Assembly: GCA_041917695.1 (NCBI GenBank)
Contig: JAYRXE010000037.1
Location: forward strand, 434,582-498,581
Source of the DNA: Minisyncoccota bacterium
GTDB taxonomy: Bacteria; Patescibacteriota; Minisyncoccia; UBA6257; GWB1-50-10
Length of the DNA stretch: 64,000 nt
Direction of reading: 5' to 3'
Below, piece by piece: positions 1 to 8,829 of this stretch (its first letter is position 1; each line of letters opens with the position of its first letter). The position numbers were made by a program, and so were the translations under genes. The notes beneath the pieces are model-generated. The model was not told where the DNA came from, ran no database searches, and saw nothing but the letters and a program-made list of their open reading frames with translations.

Positions 1-1227
1 CGTCAGGTCATCCGGCGCGAAGAACTGGACCTTACGGTACGGAGCTTTTTCGAATCGGTCTTTGAGAGCAAGATATATGACATAGACCCCAAGATCGATG
101 CCGTGCTCGACATCGTCCATCTCGAGGCGGACCACGACCGCATCCTGCGTACTTTCTCGGGCGGCCAGCAGGCTCGCCTCCTGCTCGCCCAGGCGCTCAT
201 CCAAAAACCCGACATTCTTCTTCTCGACGAGCCGACAAACAACCTGGATACGGCCGGCATCGAGCATCTCACCACTTTTTTGAAGGAGTATCCCAAGACC
301 GTCATCGTCATTTCGCATGATGCCGATTTCCTGAACGCCTTCACGGAGGGCGTGCTCTACCTTGAGGCGAATACCCGCACCGTCGAGCAATACGCCGGAA
401 ACTATTTCGACGTAGTGAAGGAAATCGACATCCGCCTTGAACGCGAGCGGATGAAAAACGTCCGCCTCGAGCGCGACATTGAAAACCGGAAGAATCAGGC
501 GAATTTCTTCGCCCAAAAAGGAGGTCATATGCGCGATGTCGCAAGGAAGATGCGGGAAAAGATCGAAGAGCTCGAAGGCGACATCGTCGACGTGCGGCGC
601 GAAGACAAAACCATCCGCAATTTCATAATCCCCTGCCAGGATGAACTCGTGGGAACCATTCTTTCGCTTTCATCCGTTTCGGTGCTCAAAGCGAAAAAAC
701 CCGTTGCCAAGAAAGTGAAGATCGAGCTGAAGCGCAAGGAGCGCCTCTTGGTAAAAGGTCCGAACGGCATCGGGAAGACAACGCTCCTTTCCGCGCTTGC
801 CGCAGGAGACGCCAAGGGAGAAACGCTTGCGGAAGGAACGCGCATCGGTTTCTACCGCCAGGATTTTTCCGCGCTCGATTTCGAAAAGACCGCCTATGAG
901 TCCTTGAAGGACGTCGGAGCGCAAAAAAGCGAGGAAGAGCTCCGCAGCCACGCTGCCGGCTTCCTCTTGGATAGCGAAATCTTGAAGACGCGCATCGGGA
1001 TGCTTTCCGAAGGCCAAAAGGGCTTGCTTTCATTTGCTATCATCTCCCTTGAGCGACCGGGCCTTTTGATCCTCGATGAACCGACCAATCACATCAATTT
1101 CCGGCATATTCCCGTTATCGCCGAAGCCGTGAATAAATTCGACGGCGCGATGATACTGGTAAGCCACTTGCCGGAATTCGTTAAGAAAATCCGCATCGAC
1201 CAGACCCTCGACCTCGGAGCTTTGTAG
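1..1227 (+). CDS. ABC-F family ATPase (tandem nucleotide-binding domains, no TM region); 5' end lies outside the window
   Basis: The reading frame is open from nt 1. It contains the LSGGQQARL signature followed by Walker B ILLLDEPTNNLD, a linker, then a second NBD with Walker A GPNGIGKTT, a second signature LSEGQKG and Walker B LLILDEPTNH. Confidence 0.85.
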   Translation, partial: RQVIRREELDLTVRSFFESVFESKIYDIDPKIDAVLDIVHLEADHDRILRTFSGGQQARLLLAQALIQKPDILLLDEPTNNLDTAGIEHLTTFLKEYPKTVIVISHDADFLNAFTEGVLYLEANTRTVEQYAGNYFDVVKEIDIRLERERMKNVRLERDIENRKNQANFFAQKGGHMRDVARKMREKIEELEGDIVDVRREDKTIRNFIIPCQDELVGTILSLSSVSVLKAKKPVAKKVKIELKRKERLLVKGPNGIGKTTLLSALAAGDAKGETLAEGTRIGFYRQDFSALDFEKTAYESLKDVGAQKSEEELRSHAAGFLLDSEILKTRIGMLSEGQKGLLSFAIISLERPGLLILDEPTNHINFRHIPVIAEAVNKFDGAMILVSHLPEFVKKIRIDQTLDLGAL

Positions 1228-1340
1228 TCCCCCGGCATTTTTACTATCCCCCAGCGTCACTCAAACGCGTGTTTTTTCGTCATAGACATATGCGTAGGCA
1301 AAGAGAAAAGGTCGAAGAAAAAACATACTCATTACACACC

Positions 1341-2015
1341 ATGACGAAACGTAACAGTATTATCATCGGTTTGTGTGTCGCGATTCTCGCGACGAGCGCC
1401 GTTCTGTTCACGCCTCGGGCATCGGCACAGGTAACCGGTTCAATCAATTCTCAATTGGAGATCGGCATGAGTGGGCCGGCCGTCACTCAGCTACAGACAT
1501 TCCTTGCTATGGATTCCTCGATATACCCCGAGGGACTCGTGACCGGCTATTTCGGCTCTCTCACCCGCGCCGCCGTACTCCGCTTCCAGGCGCGCTACGG
1601 TATTGACCAGGTGGGACGCGTCGGCCCTCAGACGCTTGCCCGCATTAATGCGTTTATCGCATCCGGCGGATTCGGCGGCGTCGGCGGCGTCGGCATCCGT
1701 GTCGCCCCCACCATCGGCAACGTGATGATCGACACCAACACTTCGAATCAGCTTACGGTATCGTGGACGACTGACGTGGCAACCCAGGGAACGGTATATT
1801 ATTCCGCAAGCCCGCTTACCATGGTTGAAGCAAGCGCAAATACTTCGGTCGTGATCGGCGGAACGGCGGTCTCTGACGGCGATGGCATGACAGCGAATCA
1901 CTCCGCCACCATCACCGGTCTTACCTCCGGAACCACCCAGTATATCCTGATACGCGCGGTTGACGCCCAAGGGGACGAATCCGTCACGACGGTATCTACG
2001 GTAAGCGTACGGTAG
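1341..2015 (+). CDS. Secreted peptidoglycan-binding (PG_binding_1-like) domain protein
   Basis: The internal ATG at 1341 gives an N-terminus MTKRNSIIIGLCVAILATSAVLF typical of a signal or anchor sequence. The motif GMSGPAVTQLQTFLA...GYFGSLTRAAVLRFQARYGI is typical of a peptidoglycan-binding domain. The C-terminal region is beta-rich and Thr/Ser-rich. The ORF-track start at 1269 is probably too far upstream. Confidence 0.6.
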   Translation: MTKRNSIIIGLCVAILATSAVLFTPRASAQVTGSINSQLEIGMSGPAVTQLQTFLAMDSSIYPEGLVTGYFGSLTRAAVLRFQARYGIDQVGRVGPQTLARINAFIASGGFGGVGGVGIRVAPTIGNVMIDTNTSNQLTVSWTTDVATQGTVYYSASPLTMVEASANTSVVIGGTAVSDGDGMTANHSATITGLTSGTTQYILIRAVDAQGDESVTTVSTVSVR

Positions 2016-2040
2016 CAATCCATCCCTTCGAGCTTCGTAA

Positions 2041-2072
2041 AAAACCGCCCCGAAATTCGGGGCGGTTTTTAT
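2041..2072. terminator. Bidirectional rho-independent terminator between convergent genes
   Basis: aaaaaccgccccgaaattcggggcggttttta forms a GC-rich hairpin flanked by A-runs and T-runs on both strands. Confidence 0.6.
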
Positions 2073-2075
2073 TTC

Positions 2076-2573
2076 TTATTTTCCGTCTACGGCGTCCTTG
2101 AGCTTCTGCACTTCTATTTTCTTCATCCCGAGCATCGCCTGGAGCGCCCTTTCGGCGCGGGCGGGGTTCGGATCGCTTAAGAGCTCCGGCAACGCCTTCG
2201 GGATGATTTGCCAGGAAAAACCGAACTTGTCCTGGAGCCAGCCGCATTGCTGGGCGTTCGGATCGCCGCCGTCCGCGAGCTTTTCCCAATAGCGGTCAAC
2301 CTCTTCCTGCGATTCGCATTCGACATAGAAGGAAACCGCCCCATTCGGCTTGAAATGCGGTCCTCCGTCCAATGCCATAAAACGTTCTCCAAAAAGCTCA
2401 AAGACCGCGGTGAGCACTTTTCCATCCATCCCCTTCATGGGTCCTTCGGATATGCCCTCGGGATACCGCTTAACGCTCACGATTCGTGAATCGGGGAAAA
2501 GCGAGGTATAAAAATTAATCGCTTCTTCGGCATTCCTATCGAACCACAAGAAGGGGGTTATTTTTTGCGACAT
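2076..2573 (-). CDS. VOC-superfamily protein, PhnB-like (3-demethylubiquinone-9 3-methyltransferase-like domain)
   Basis: Length of 165 aa and sequence (MSQKITPFLWFDRNAEEAINFYTSLF...) resemble PhnB-family glyoxalase-fold proteins. Confidence 0.65.
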   Translation of the reverse strand: MSQKITPFLWFDRNAEEAINFYTSLFPDSRIVSVKRYPEGISEGPMKGMDGKVLTAVFELFGERFMALDGGPHFKPNGAVSFYVECESQEEVDRYWEKLADGGDPNAQQCGWLQDKFGFSWQIIPKALPELLSDPNPARAERALQAMLGMKKIEVQKLKDAVDGK

Positions 2574-2578
2574 AGCGG

Positions 2579-2998
2579 TTACATTCCTTTCGGCTGGAGT
2601 ACGCTAACCCGGTTCCCCTCCGTATCGAGAAAAGAGATATAGAGGCCCACGCCCGGAATATCATCCGGCTCACCCGGTTTTTGCATACCGCCTAAAACTT
2701 TTCCTCCCGCTTCTTCGATCTTTTTCATCGCGTCCCGGATGTCGTCGACGGCAATGACGACGGAGGGATGTTGGTTATCTTTCGTTTTTTGGAAAAATCC
2801 GCCGTTTATGGTTCCGGGCTCTTTCGGCCTCCCGGTGGGATTATTCGCATCAGCGTCGGAAGTCATCACCACCACGTAATCCCCCATCTCGGGGCCGAGT
2901 TGATTTGCCTCCCACCCGAACGCTTTCCCGTAAAAATCTACCATCCGCTTCCGGTCTTCCGCCGGCATTTCAAAATGCACCACTGGATTTTTTTTCAT
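2579..2998 (-). CDS. Glyoxalase/bleomycin-resistance/dioxygenase (VOC) family protein
   Basis: The N-terminus VVHFEMPAEDRKRMVDFYGKAFGWE and the C-terminal LYISFLDTEGNRVSVLQ are typical of small VOC proteins. Confidence 0.7.
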   Translation of the reverse strand: MKKNPVVHFEMPAEDRKRMVDFYGKAFGWEANQLGPEMGDYVVVMTSDADANNPTGRPKEPGTINGGFFQKTKDNQHPSVVIAVDDIRDAMKKIEEAGGKVLGGMQKPGEPDDIPGVGLYISFLDTEGNRVSVLQPKGM

Positions 2999-3028
2999 GT
3001 CATTTATTATACCTGAATAAAAAGGAGG

Positions 3029-3586
3029 CTATGAAGCCTCCGTGATGCCGTAGTTCTCCGCGGCATATGTTTTTAAAATCTTCTTCAGCTCTTTGCGGGC
3101 ACGATGGATTCGGGTCTTTACGGTGTTTATATTGCAGCCAACGTGTGCCGCGATCTCCTCATAAGAGCACCCCTCAACTTCCCGTAAAAGGATTATCCGG
3201 TGGCTGTGGGCGGGCAGATTTTTAAGCGCTTCCGCCACTTCGTAACCGAAGGGAAAAGCATCGTCGAATTCTGCGGTTTCCGAGCTTATAAACGCTTTCG
3301 GATAAGCCACCTCGCAGGAGCCATACTCGAACTTCTGCCGAAATGGGGCATTTTTCTTAAAAGCGTTAATGGCAGAATTCACCATAATCCGGCGAAGCCA
3401 TGCTTCGAGATGGGTGTTCGGCTCATATTTTTCCCAAAAGCGATACGCCTTCAGAAGGGTCACTTGCAGAAGATCCTTGGCATCATCGTTATCCCCCGTA
3501 AGGAAATACGCATTCGACAAAAGATTTCTTATGAGCGGGCGGATTTCCCTCTCGAAAACTGCATTTTTCTCTTCTTTATTCTCCAC
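3029..3586 (-). CDS. RNA polymerase ECF-type sigma-70 factor
   Basis: Region 2 (LLQVTLLKAYRFWEKYE..LEAWLRRIMVNSAINAFKK) and a region 4 HTH (SYEEIAAHVGCNINTVKTRIHRARKELKK) are both present. Confidence 0.85.
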   Translation of the reverse strand: MENKEEKNAVFEREIRPLIRNLLSNAYFLTGDNDDAKDLLQVTLLKAYRFWEKYEPNTHLEAWLRRIMVNSAINAFKKNAPFRQKFEYGSCEVAYPKAFISSETAEFDDAFPFGYEVAEALKNLPAHSHRIILLREVEGCSYEEIAAHVGCNINTVKTRIHRARKELKKILKTYAAENYGITEAS

Positions 3587-3667
3587 GATTTCCTCCGTTA
3601 TGTGGGTATATTTAATTGCCTAAAATACTGGTATAGAAAATGCTTCTTCCGCGTATATTTGTCAAAC

Positions 3668-3696
3668 ATCCAATAAAAAGAGGCCGACCGGCCTCT
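3668..3696 (-). terminator. Rho-independent terminator downstream of the cupin gene
   Basis: agaggccgaccggcctct forms a hairpin, and the minus strand carries a T-run (ttttattgg) after it. Confidence 0.5.
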
Positions 3697-3701
3697 CTAT
3701 T

Positions 3702-4055
3702 TTACTTCTTTACATATACCGTCTTGTCCTTGCGGTCGCGGAGGACAAAATAAGACACTTTCGTCCGCGCGATGAACGCATGCACTTCCCCCGGCTTGAA
3801 GCTGATAACCTGAATTTTCCCCGAGTCTGTTATATCGAAATAAAATTCCTGTTTTTCCAAAGGACCTGCCTTTTGGCCGAAGCGGACGGCGAAATTTCCT
3901 TTGAAAATGATGAGCGTTTCATGCGCCCGCGGGTGATAGTGCGCACGCACGCGTTTCCCTGCCTTCAGGGTGTGGCGGATAAAAACATATTCATCGTCCT
4001 TTTTGGTTAAATGTGCCAGGACGCTTTTAAGACACTGAAACTGCCGAGATTCCAA
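3702..4055 (-). CDS. Cupin-domain protein
   Basis: A small beta-barrel protein carrying a His-containing cupin motif (HYHPRAHETLIIFKGNFAV...GEVHAF). Confidence 0.6.
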   Translation of the reverse strand: MESRQFQCLKSVLAHLTKKDDEYVFIRHTLKAGKRVRAHYHPRAHETLIIFKGNFAVRFGQKAGPLEKQEFYFDITDSGKIQVISFKPGEVHAFIARTKVSYFVLRDRKDKTVYVKK

Positions 4056-4133
4056 TTATTTCTCCTTTCCTTTTAGCGAACTACGGGAAAAATAGCACAA
4101 AAGCGTTCCGCTGAAAACAGCGCAATATTTTTC

Positions 4134-4505
4134 CTAGGCCATCGGGCGGTTCCGATTCTTTATCCATCCCACCGCAACAGGGAGAAGAAACGTGAGCGCG
4201 TAGTAAAGATAGACGTCCGCTTTGTAATAACCGTCAGCGGGATTTAAAAGCTTAACGAGGAAGAAATAATCGAACACGACCGCGATAAGCGTCCAGATAA
4301 ATCCCACGAGAAGATACCGCGAAAAAGGCATCGGCATCGTCTTTCTGAAAAGAACCCATAAGGTCAGTGCAACGCCGATCGGCGTAACGAGCCACCCGAT
4401 AAGCGCGGGCGGGACGAAGAAATAAAATAGGAAACCTAAAAGGTAGCCAGCGAACCACAAGGCCGACCCCCACCCTAACCCAACGCGATAGATAGAAGAG
4501 TTCAT
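4134..4505 (-). CDS. Hypothetical integral membrane protein
   Basis: The 123-aa product has about four hydrophobic helices; no recognisable family. Confidence 0.45.
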   Translation of the reverse strand: MNSSIYRVGLGWGSALWFAGYLLGFLFYFFVPPALIGWLVTPIGVALTLWVLFRKTMPMPFSRYLLVGFIWTLIAVVFDYFFLVKLLNPADGYYKADVYLYYALTFLLPVAVGWIKNRNRPMA

Positions 4506-4564
4506 ATGTATTCATTATACAAACCTCACGTTTTTCCCGATTCGGACGTATAATTAGCGCACGT

Positions 4565-5092
4565 ATGAAAAGCCTGCCCATTTTGCGTCTCGCGCTCATA
4601 ACATTCGTATTGCTCCTTATCCCCTATTTCGGGAACCAATACCTTGAGGGGTGGAATTGGTCGCCCTCCGATTTCGTCTTCGCGGCAATCCTCACTCTCG
4701 GCGCCGGCGTCGCCTATGAGCTCTTTGCTAAAAGATCGGGCAATGCATCCTTCCGTGCCGGGGCGGCAGTCGCCCTCGGAGCATCGTTTCTGCTTATCTG
4801 GATAAACGGCGCCGTCGGCTTGATCGGAAGCGAGACGAATGAGGTGAATATGCTGTATGCCTTCGTGGTATTTATCGGCATCCTCGGCGCCGTCGCGGCG
4901 CGACCCAAAGCGCGCGGCATGTCCCGCGCTCTTTTCGTCATGGCGGTCGCGCAGTTTTTGGTGCCTATCGTAGCGCTTTTCGTAAATCCCAATGATTTCA
5001 GTCCCGGCCTCATGCGAGTTTTCGCGCTTAACTCCCTCTTTGTCGTCCTCTTCGCAGGCGCAGGCCTCCTTTTCAGAAACGCAGAGGCGTAG
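4565..5092 (+). CDS. Hypothetical integral membrane protein
   Basis: The 175-aa product has multiple hydrophobic helices; no recognisable family. Confidence 0.45.
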   Translation: MKSLPILRLALITFVLLLIPYFGNQYLEGWNWSPSDFVFAAILTLGAGVAYELFAKRSGNASFRAGAAVALGASFLLIWINGAVGLIGSETNEVNMLYAFVVFIGILGAVAARPKARGMSRALFVMAVAQFLVPIVALFVNPNDFSPGLMRVFALNSLFVVLFAGAGLLFRNAEA

Positions 5093-5134
5093 AAAACGGC
5101 CGCCTCAGAGAAGACGGCAAAGCCCTCTTTTTTA

Positions 5135-5620
5135 CTAATTCAACGCCCAAATGGCGTAATTGAGATACCCCGCAAAGCTGACCCACGCGATATACGGAAC
5201 CATGAGCCACGCCGCCGTACGCGAAAACTTCGCAAAGGAAAGAATGCAGGCGCCTATCGCAAGCCACAGAAGAATGATTTCAATGAATGCCCCGCCGGGC
5301 GAGCGGAGACCGAAAAAGAGGAACGACCACAGCGCATTCAAAAAAAGCTGGATGCCAAAAAGAATAAGCGGCGCGGAAACCCGCACGCCGGAATCTTTCC
5401 TTTTCCACACCAAAAAGGCGGCGATTCCCATGAGGGCGAAAAGGGCGGTCCACACCGGCCCGAAAACCCAATTCGGCGGAGCGAATTCCGGTCTTGCGAG
5501 TCCCGCATACCAACCGCCAATCGCCGGCGTCGTGAAAAGGGCGCCAATCCCGCCGACTGCCTGGGGAACAGCAAGGGCGAGAACCAGCTTCCATATATCT
5601 CTTCGGTTCATTGTTTTCAT
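5135..5620 (-). CDS. tspO: TspO/MBR family tryptophan-rich sensory protein
   Basis: Motifs PPNWVFGPVWTALFALMGIAAFLVW and LFGIQLFLNALWSFLFFG, together with five TM helices, are characteristic of TspO. Confidence 0.85.
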   Translation of the reverse strand: MKTMNRRDIWKLVLALAVPQAVGGIGALFTTPAIGGWYAGLARPEFAPPNWVFGPVWTALFALMGIAAFLVWKRKDSGVRVSAPLILFGIQLFLNALWSFLFFGLRSPGGAFIEIILLWLAIGACILSFAKFSRTAAWLMVPYIAWVSFAGYLNYAIWALN

Positions 5621-5638
5621 TTTAGAGCGTTACCGCGC

Positions 5639-5911
5639 TCAATATGCTTTGCGGTGAATACACCCCGCCCAGCAACATGGGCGGCGCATCCCGCCCTTCA
5701 GTTTTGAAAGGGCCTTTTCCATGCGAATCCCTCTCGTCTCTTCTTTTTTGCCGGATATTATCCAGCAAATCCACTCGTTTTTAGCGAGGGGCGTTATTTC
5801 GTTCCATACCACTTGGGCGCGCGGTGAAGCGCGGAGTGCCTTCCTAAAATCAGCCGGGAGCGTATGGGGCAATTTCTTATTCGGTCGTTTTGCCGTCGAA
5901 GTGTTCATCAT
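5639..5911 (-). CDS. YdeI/OmpD-associated family protein (DUF1801-like)
   Basis: The C-terminal motif ICWIISGKKEETRGIRMEKALSKL...CCWAGCIHR resembles the YdeI family. Confidence 0.55.
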   Translation of the reverse strand: MMNTSTAKRPNKKLPHTLPADFRKALRASPRAQVVWNEITPLAKNEWICWIISGKKEETRGIRMEKALSKLKGGMRRPCCWAGCIHRKAY

Positions 5912-6293
5912 CGGCTTCAGCTTCCGCTTTCGTCGCGTGGAGAACTCCGTCGCGATGGTGCGGGGGCGTATAGAGCGTATACAGCTTCATCGGTCCGCTC
6001 CCGGTATTTATAACATTGTGCTTTGCGCCCATGGGCACTACGATAGCGCTTCCGTCTGCGATAGCGTGCGACACGCCGTCTAAGATAGCTTCTCCCGTCC
6101 CCTCTTCCACTCTCAGGAACTGGTCCACGTCGTGGACCTCCTCCCCGATTTCCTCTCCGGCCCGGAGCGCCATGAGCACCAGCTGACTCCGCGCCGTGGT
6201 GTAGAGGACCTTGCGAAAATGCTCGTTTTTGAGAGCGAGCTCCTCTATATTCTCGATGTAGCCTTTCATGGCCTCAGTATACTCCCTTAGCAA
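5877..6293 (-). CDS. Cupin-domain protein
   Basis: A cupin beta-barrel motif (AIADGSAIVVPMGAKHNVINTGSGPMKLYTLYTPPHH) is present. The track start is a TTG codon; an internal ATG (MKGYIENIE) may be the real start. Confidence 0.55.
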   Translation of the reverse strand: MLREYTEAMKGYIENIEELALKNEHFRKVLYTTARSQLVLMALRAGEEIGEEVHDVDQFLRVEEGTGEAILDGVSHAIADGSAIVVPMGAKHNVINTGSGPMKLYTLYTPPHHRDGVLHATKAEAEADDEHFDGKTTE

Positions 6294-6453
6294 TTCTTTT
6301 TCCTCATGGAGCGGACAATGCCTGCGATGCCTCCTGCAAAAGACAATAGCCCGAGACCCTGGGCGCCTGGGCTATCATCCCATCCGCCATACACAAACAA
6401 GAACACGCCAAAGGCAACGGCGAGGCTGTACAGAATAACCTTCACTGTTTTCA
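6287..6453 (-). CDS. Small hydrophobic protein (about 55 aa), hypothetical
   Basis: Hand-translated minus-strand ORF MKTVKVILYSLAVAFGVFLFVYGGWDDSPGAQGLGLLSFAGGIAGIVRSMRKKNC with two hydrophobic segments. It is absent from the 60-aa-minimum ORF track. Confidence 0.3.
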
Positions 6454-6463
6454 TACGCTTATT

Positions 6464-6667
6464 TTATTTCTTGTACTCTAAAATGTCGCCCGGCTGGCAT
6501 TCGAGCGCTTTACATATCGCTTCCAGGGTCGAAAGGCGTACGGCTTTCGCCTTCCCGTTTTTCAAAATAGACATATTGGCGAGCGTAATCCCGACTTTCT
6601 CGGCAAGTTCGGTAACGCTCATTTTCCGCTTTGCGAGCATCACGTCTACGTTAATAATGATTGCCAT
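6464..6667 (-). CDS. XRE-family (Cro/C1-type) helix-turn-helix transcriptional regulator
   Basis: A 67-aa protein whose HTH reads MSVTELAEKVGITLANMSILKNGKAKAVRLSTLEAICKAL, as in YozG-like regulators. Confidence 0.85.
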   Translation of the reverse strand: MAIIINVDVMLAKRKMSVTELAEKVGITLANMSILKNGKAKAVRLSTLEAICKALECQPGDILEYKK

Positions 6668-6671
6668 AACC

Positions 6672-7154
6672 TTATACCGTTAAATCGTTTTCTTTTTTTA
6701 TTTCCACGGCGTTTTTCAAGATGCGTTCAAACATCGCCGAAGCCGTCGCGATGACGACAGAGCCAAAGGTGATGAAAACACCCATGGCGACCGCTCCCGC
6801 GGCATCGTCGTTGCCATGGTTCGCCATAATGAAAATCTCCTCAAGGATCACAAAGCCGATGATAGCGAGTGCGCAGTATTTTATTGTCCGGAGAGCTTTC
6901 ACCGCTCCTTCCGAAAAAATCATATTCCGTCCGGCAAGCCCGAGCACTTTATATGCCTGGTAAACCGCTATAAAGAACGGAATGGAGCCCGCATACATGA
7001 GTGCCAAAAAAGGATCGTCAAAGTAAATCTCCGCGAGCGTGGTGGCGCTTGCGTTCACCCCTTCGACGTGCGGCTCCCAGAGGAGGAGCGCCAAGGCGCC
7101 AAGACCGACAAGAATGACAACGACCCGCAGAAAAACAGTTGAGCTTTTTTTCAT
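6672..7154 (-). CDS. Membrane protein, DUF2975-like, partner of the preceding HTH regulator
   Basis: Four TM helices; a 4-nt gap to the XRE gene; HTH-plus-DUF2975 is a common gene pair. Confidence 0.5.
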   Translation of the reverse strand: MKKSSTVFLRVVVILVGLGALALLLWEPHVEGVNASATTLAEIYFDDPFLALMYAGSIPFFIAVYQAYKVLGLAGRNMIFSEGAVKALRTIKYCALAIIGFVILEEIFIMANHGNDDAAGAVAMGVFITFGSVVIATASAMFERILKNAVEIKKENDLTV

Positions 7155-7423
7155 AGACTTTTGTAAATTGGTTGTATATTTAGCTTAATTCCCCACTTAT
7201 CGTTTGTCAATATATATTTATCGTTAGTTAAAATGAGGCTTTTTCTCCCCTCTTGTTGATATTTTAAGAGAAAAGTGTATAAAAAATGAGTTGATCAGGC
7301 GTAGGTTAACAACCGAATAACGAGGCGCGCATGGGGCGCCTACAAGAGAGCTTTATAACTCAGAGACCTGACCCCAGCCTGCCGCAGGCAGACACGATTT
7401 TTTAACCGGCTTTTGCCGGTTTT

Positions 7424-7816
7424 TTATTTGAAATCCACGGTAAAGCTGTACATACCCATCCCGCATACCCCTCGTAAAATTCCCGACTGCGGAATGCCGA
7501 GATCTATCACTTCCTCGCCGTTTTGCGGAAGTATTTTCTGGTAGCCGATTGATCTAATGATGAGCGCTGCCGAACAATCGTATGTCCCGTTCGTTTTCAC
7601 GATGAGTTTGGTCGGTACGTTAGCTTTAGCTACCGAAGCCCGAGGCGAATATCCTCCGCGAGCCGCGATGGTGACGTATTGTACCCCGTTTCGCATTTCC
7701 ACATTCCGGGGCGGATTTGTCTCCTGCGATTCGCGTGGTTTCGCAGAATTGAAAAACATGATGCCGAGCGAGACGAAGACGGCAGCGGCGATAATGCTGA
7801 GAGCGATTTTATTCAT
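7424..7816 (-). CDS. Secreted or anchored cupredoxin-like (Cupredoxin_1-like) protein in the copper operon
   Basis: An N-terminal TM or signal segment is followed by a beta-rich domain ending GTYDCSAAL...GVCGMGMYSFTVDF. The Cys/Met-rich pattern resembles the C-terminus of Cupredoxin_1 proteins, but no His ligands are present. Confidence 0.4.
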   Translation of the reverse strand: MNKIALSIIAAAVFVSLGIMFFNSAKPRESQETNPPRNVEMRNGVQYVTIAARGGYSPRASVAKANVPTKLIVKTNGTYDCSAALIIRSIGYQKILPQNGEEVIDLGIPQSGILRGVCGMGMYSFTVDFK

Positions 7817-7819
7817 GGA

Positions 7820-8827
7820 TTACAGGTTCACGAGCGGACGGATGATCCCCAGTCCCGCCAAACCGGAAAGGAGTGCAAAAAGACCAAGGCCGATAACGAC
7901 CACGCCGACCGACGCAAAAAAGAGCGGCGCATGCTTTCCGCGCGCGAATGATGCCGAACCAAAGGAAAGAAATGCGAGCATGGGTAAGGTACCCAACGCG
8001 AAAGAAAGCATAATGAGAAGCCCTGCCATAAAAGAACCGCTGCTCACCGCCGAAATCTGCATTGATTGCGTAAAACCGCAGGGCAAAAAGAAGGTTGCAA
8101 CGCCCAACGCAAAAGGGGCAAGGGTTTTATGTTCAATCCGCCTCAAAAAGGCGAATGCCCCTGGGGGAAGCACTGCGGTGTTTTTCTTGATCGCACCGAC
8201 GAGATTCAACCCTAATAGTACCATGACAAGAGACGCGAGCAGGCCCAGTACGGCGGCGAGCGTAAAATTAATACCCAGGACGCCTCCCACAGCCCCTAAG
8301 ACGCCGCCTAAAAGTCCGAAACTCACGAGCCTTCCCGCATGGAATAGGGTTACAGTTTTTGTCTCACCGCCCGTTCCCTGCGATAGCTTGGCGGAAAGCG
8401 ACAAAACCAAGCCGCCGACGATGGCCAAACAGCTTGAAACCGAAGCAATAAGCCCAATAAGGAAGCTGGTAACTGGCGTCACTTGCCCGCCAAGGCCGAT
8501 ATTCAAAAGGCCTGATTTTTGAACCAAGAAAAAAAGAACTAAAAATCCGAGCCCGATCGGCAAAGCTTTCCAGAAAACTTCGTTCTTTGGGATATAATCC
8601 GCCTCCCGTTCGACGGATACCGCGTATCCATGGGACTCGATTTTCTTGGTCATCAGTTTTGCAAGCACCTCCGGGGACTGATCAATATGCGTCGCGAGTT
8701 CCAGGGTTTTTTTGCCGAGGTCCACATGCACATCGTGAGCAAAGTCCTGCTCCTTCAGCGTTTCCTCAATGAATATTTTGCACGCCGAGCAATGGGTCCC
8801 CGAAATATGGAAGTGATAGATTTTCAT
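7820..8827 (-). CDS. Heavy-metal-associated (HMA) domain fused to a DsbD_2/CcdA-like polytopic membrane domain
   Basis: The N-terminal HMA fold carries GTHCSACKIFIEETL (a CxxC metal site). The membrane domain carries conserved Cys residues (SVSSCLAIVGG and FFLPCGFTQSMQ). Confidence 0.7.
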   Translation of the reverse strand: MKIYHFHISGTHCSACKIFIEETLKEQDFAHDVHVDLGKKTLELATHIDQSPEVLAKLMTKKIESHGYAVSVEREADYIPKNEVFWKALPIGLGFLVLFFLVQKSGLLNIGLGGQVTPVTSFLIGLIASVSSCLAIVGGLVLSLSAKLSQGTGGETKTVTLFHAGRLVSFGLLGGVLGAVGGVLGINFTLAAVLGLLASLVMVLLGLNLVGAIKKNTAVLPPGAFAFLRRIEHKTLAPFALGVATFFLPCGFTQSMQISAVSSGSFMAGLLIMLSFALGTLPMLAFLSFGSASFARGKHAPLFFASVGVVVIGLGLFALLSGLAGLGIIRPLVNL

Positions 8828-8829
8828 GT

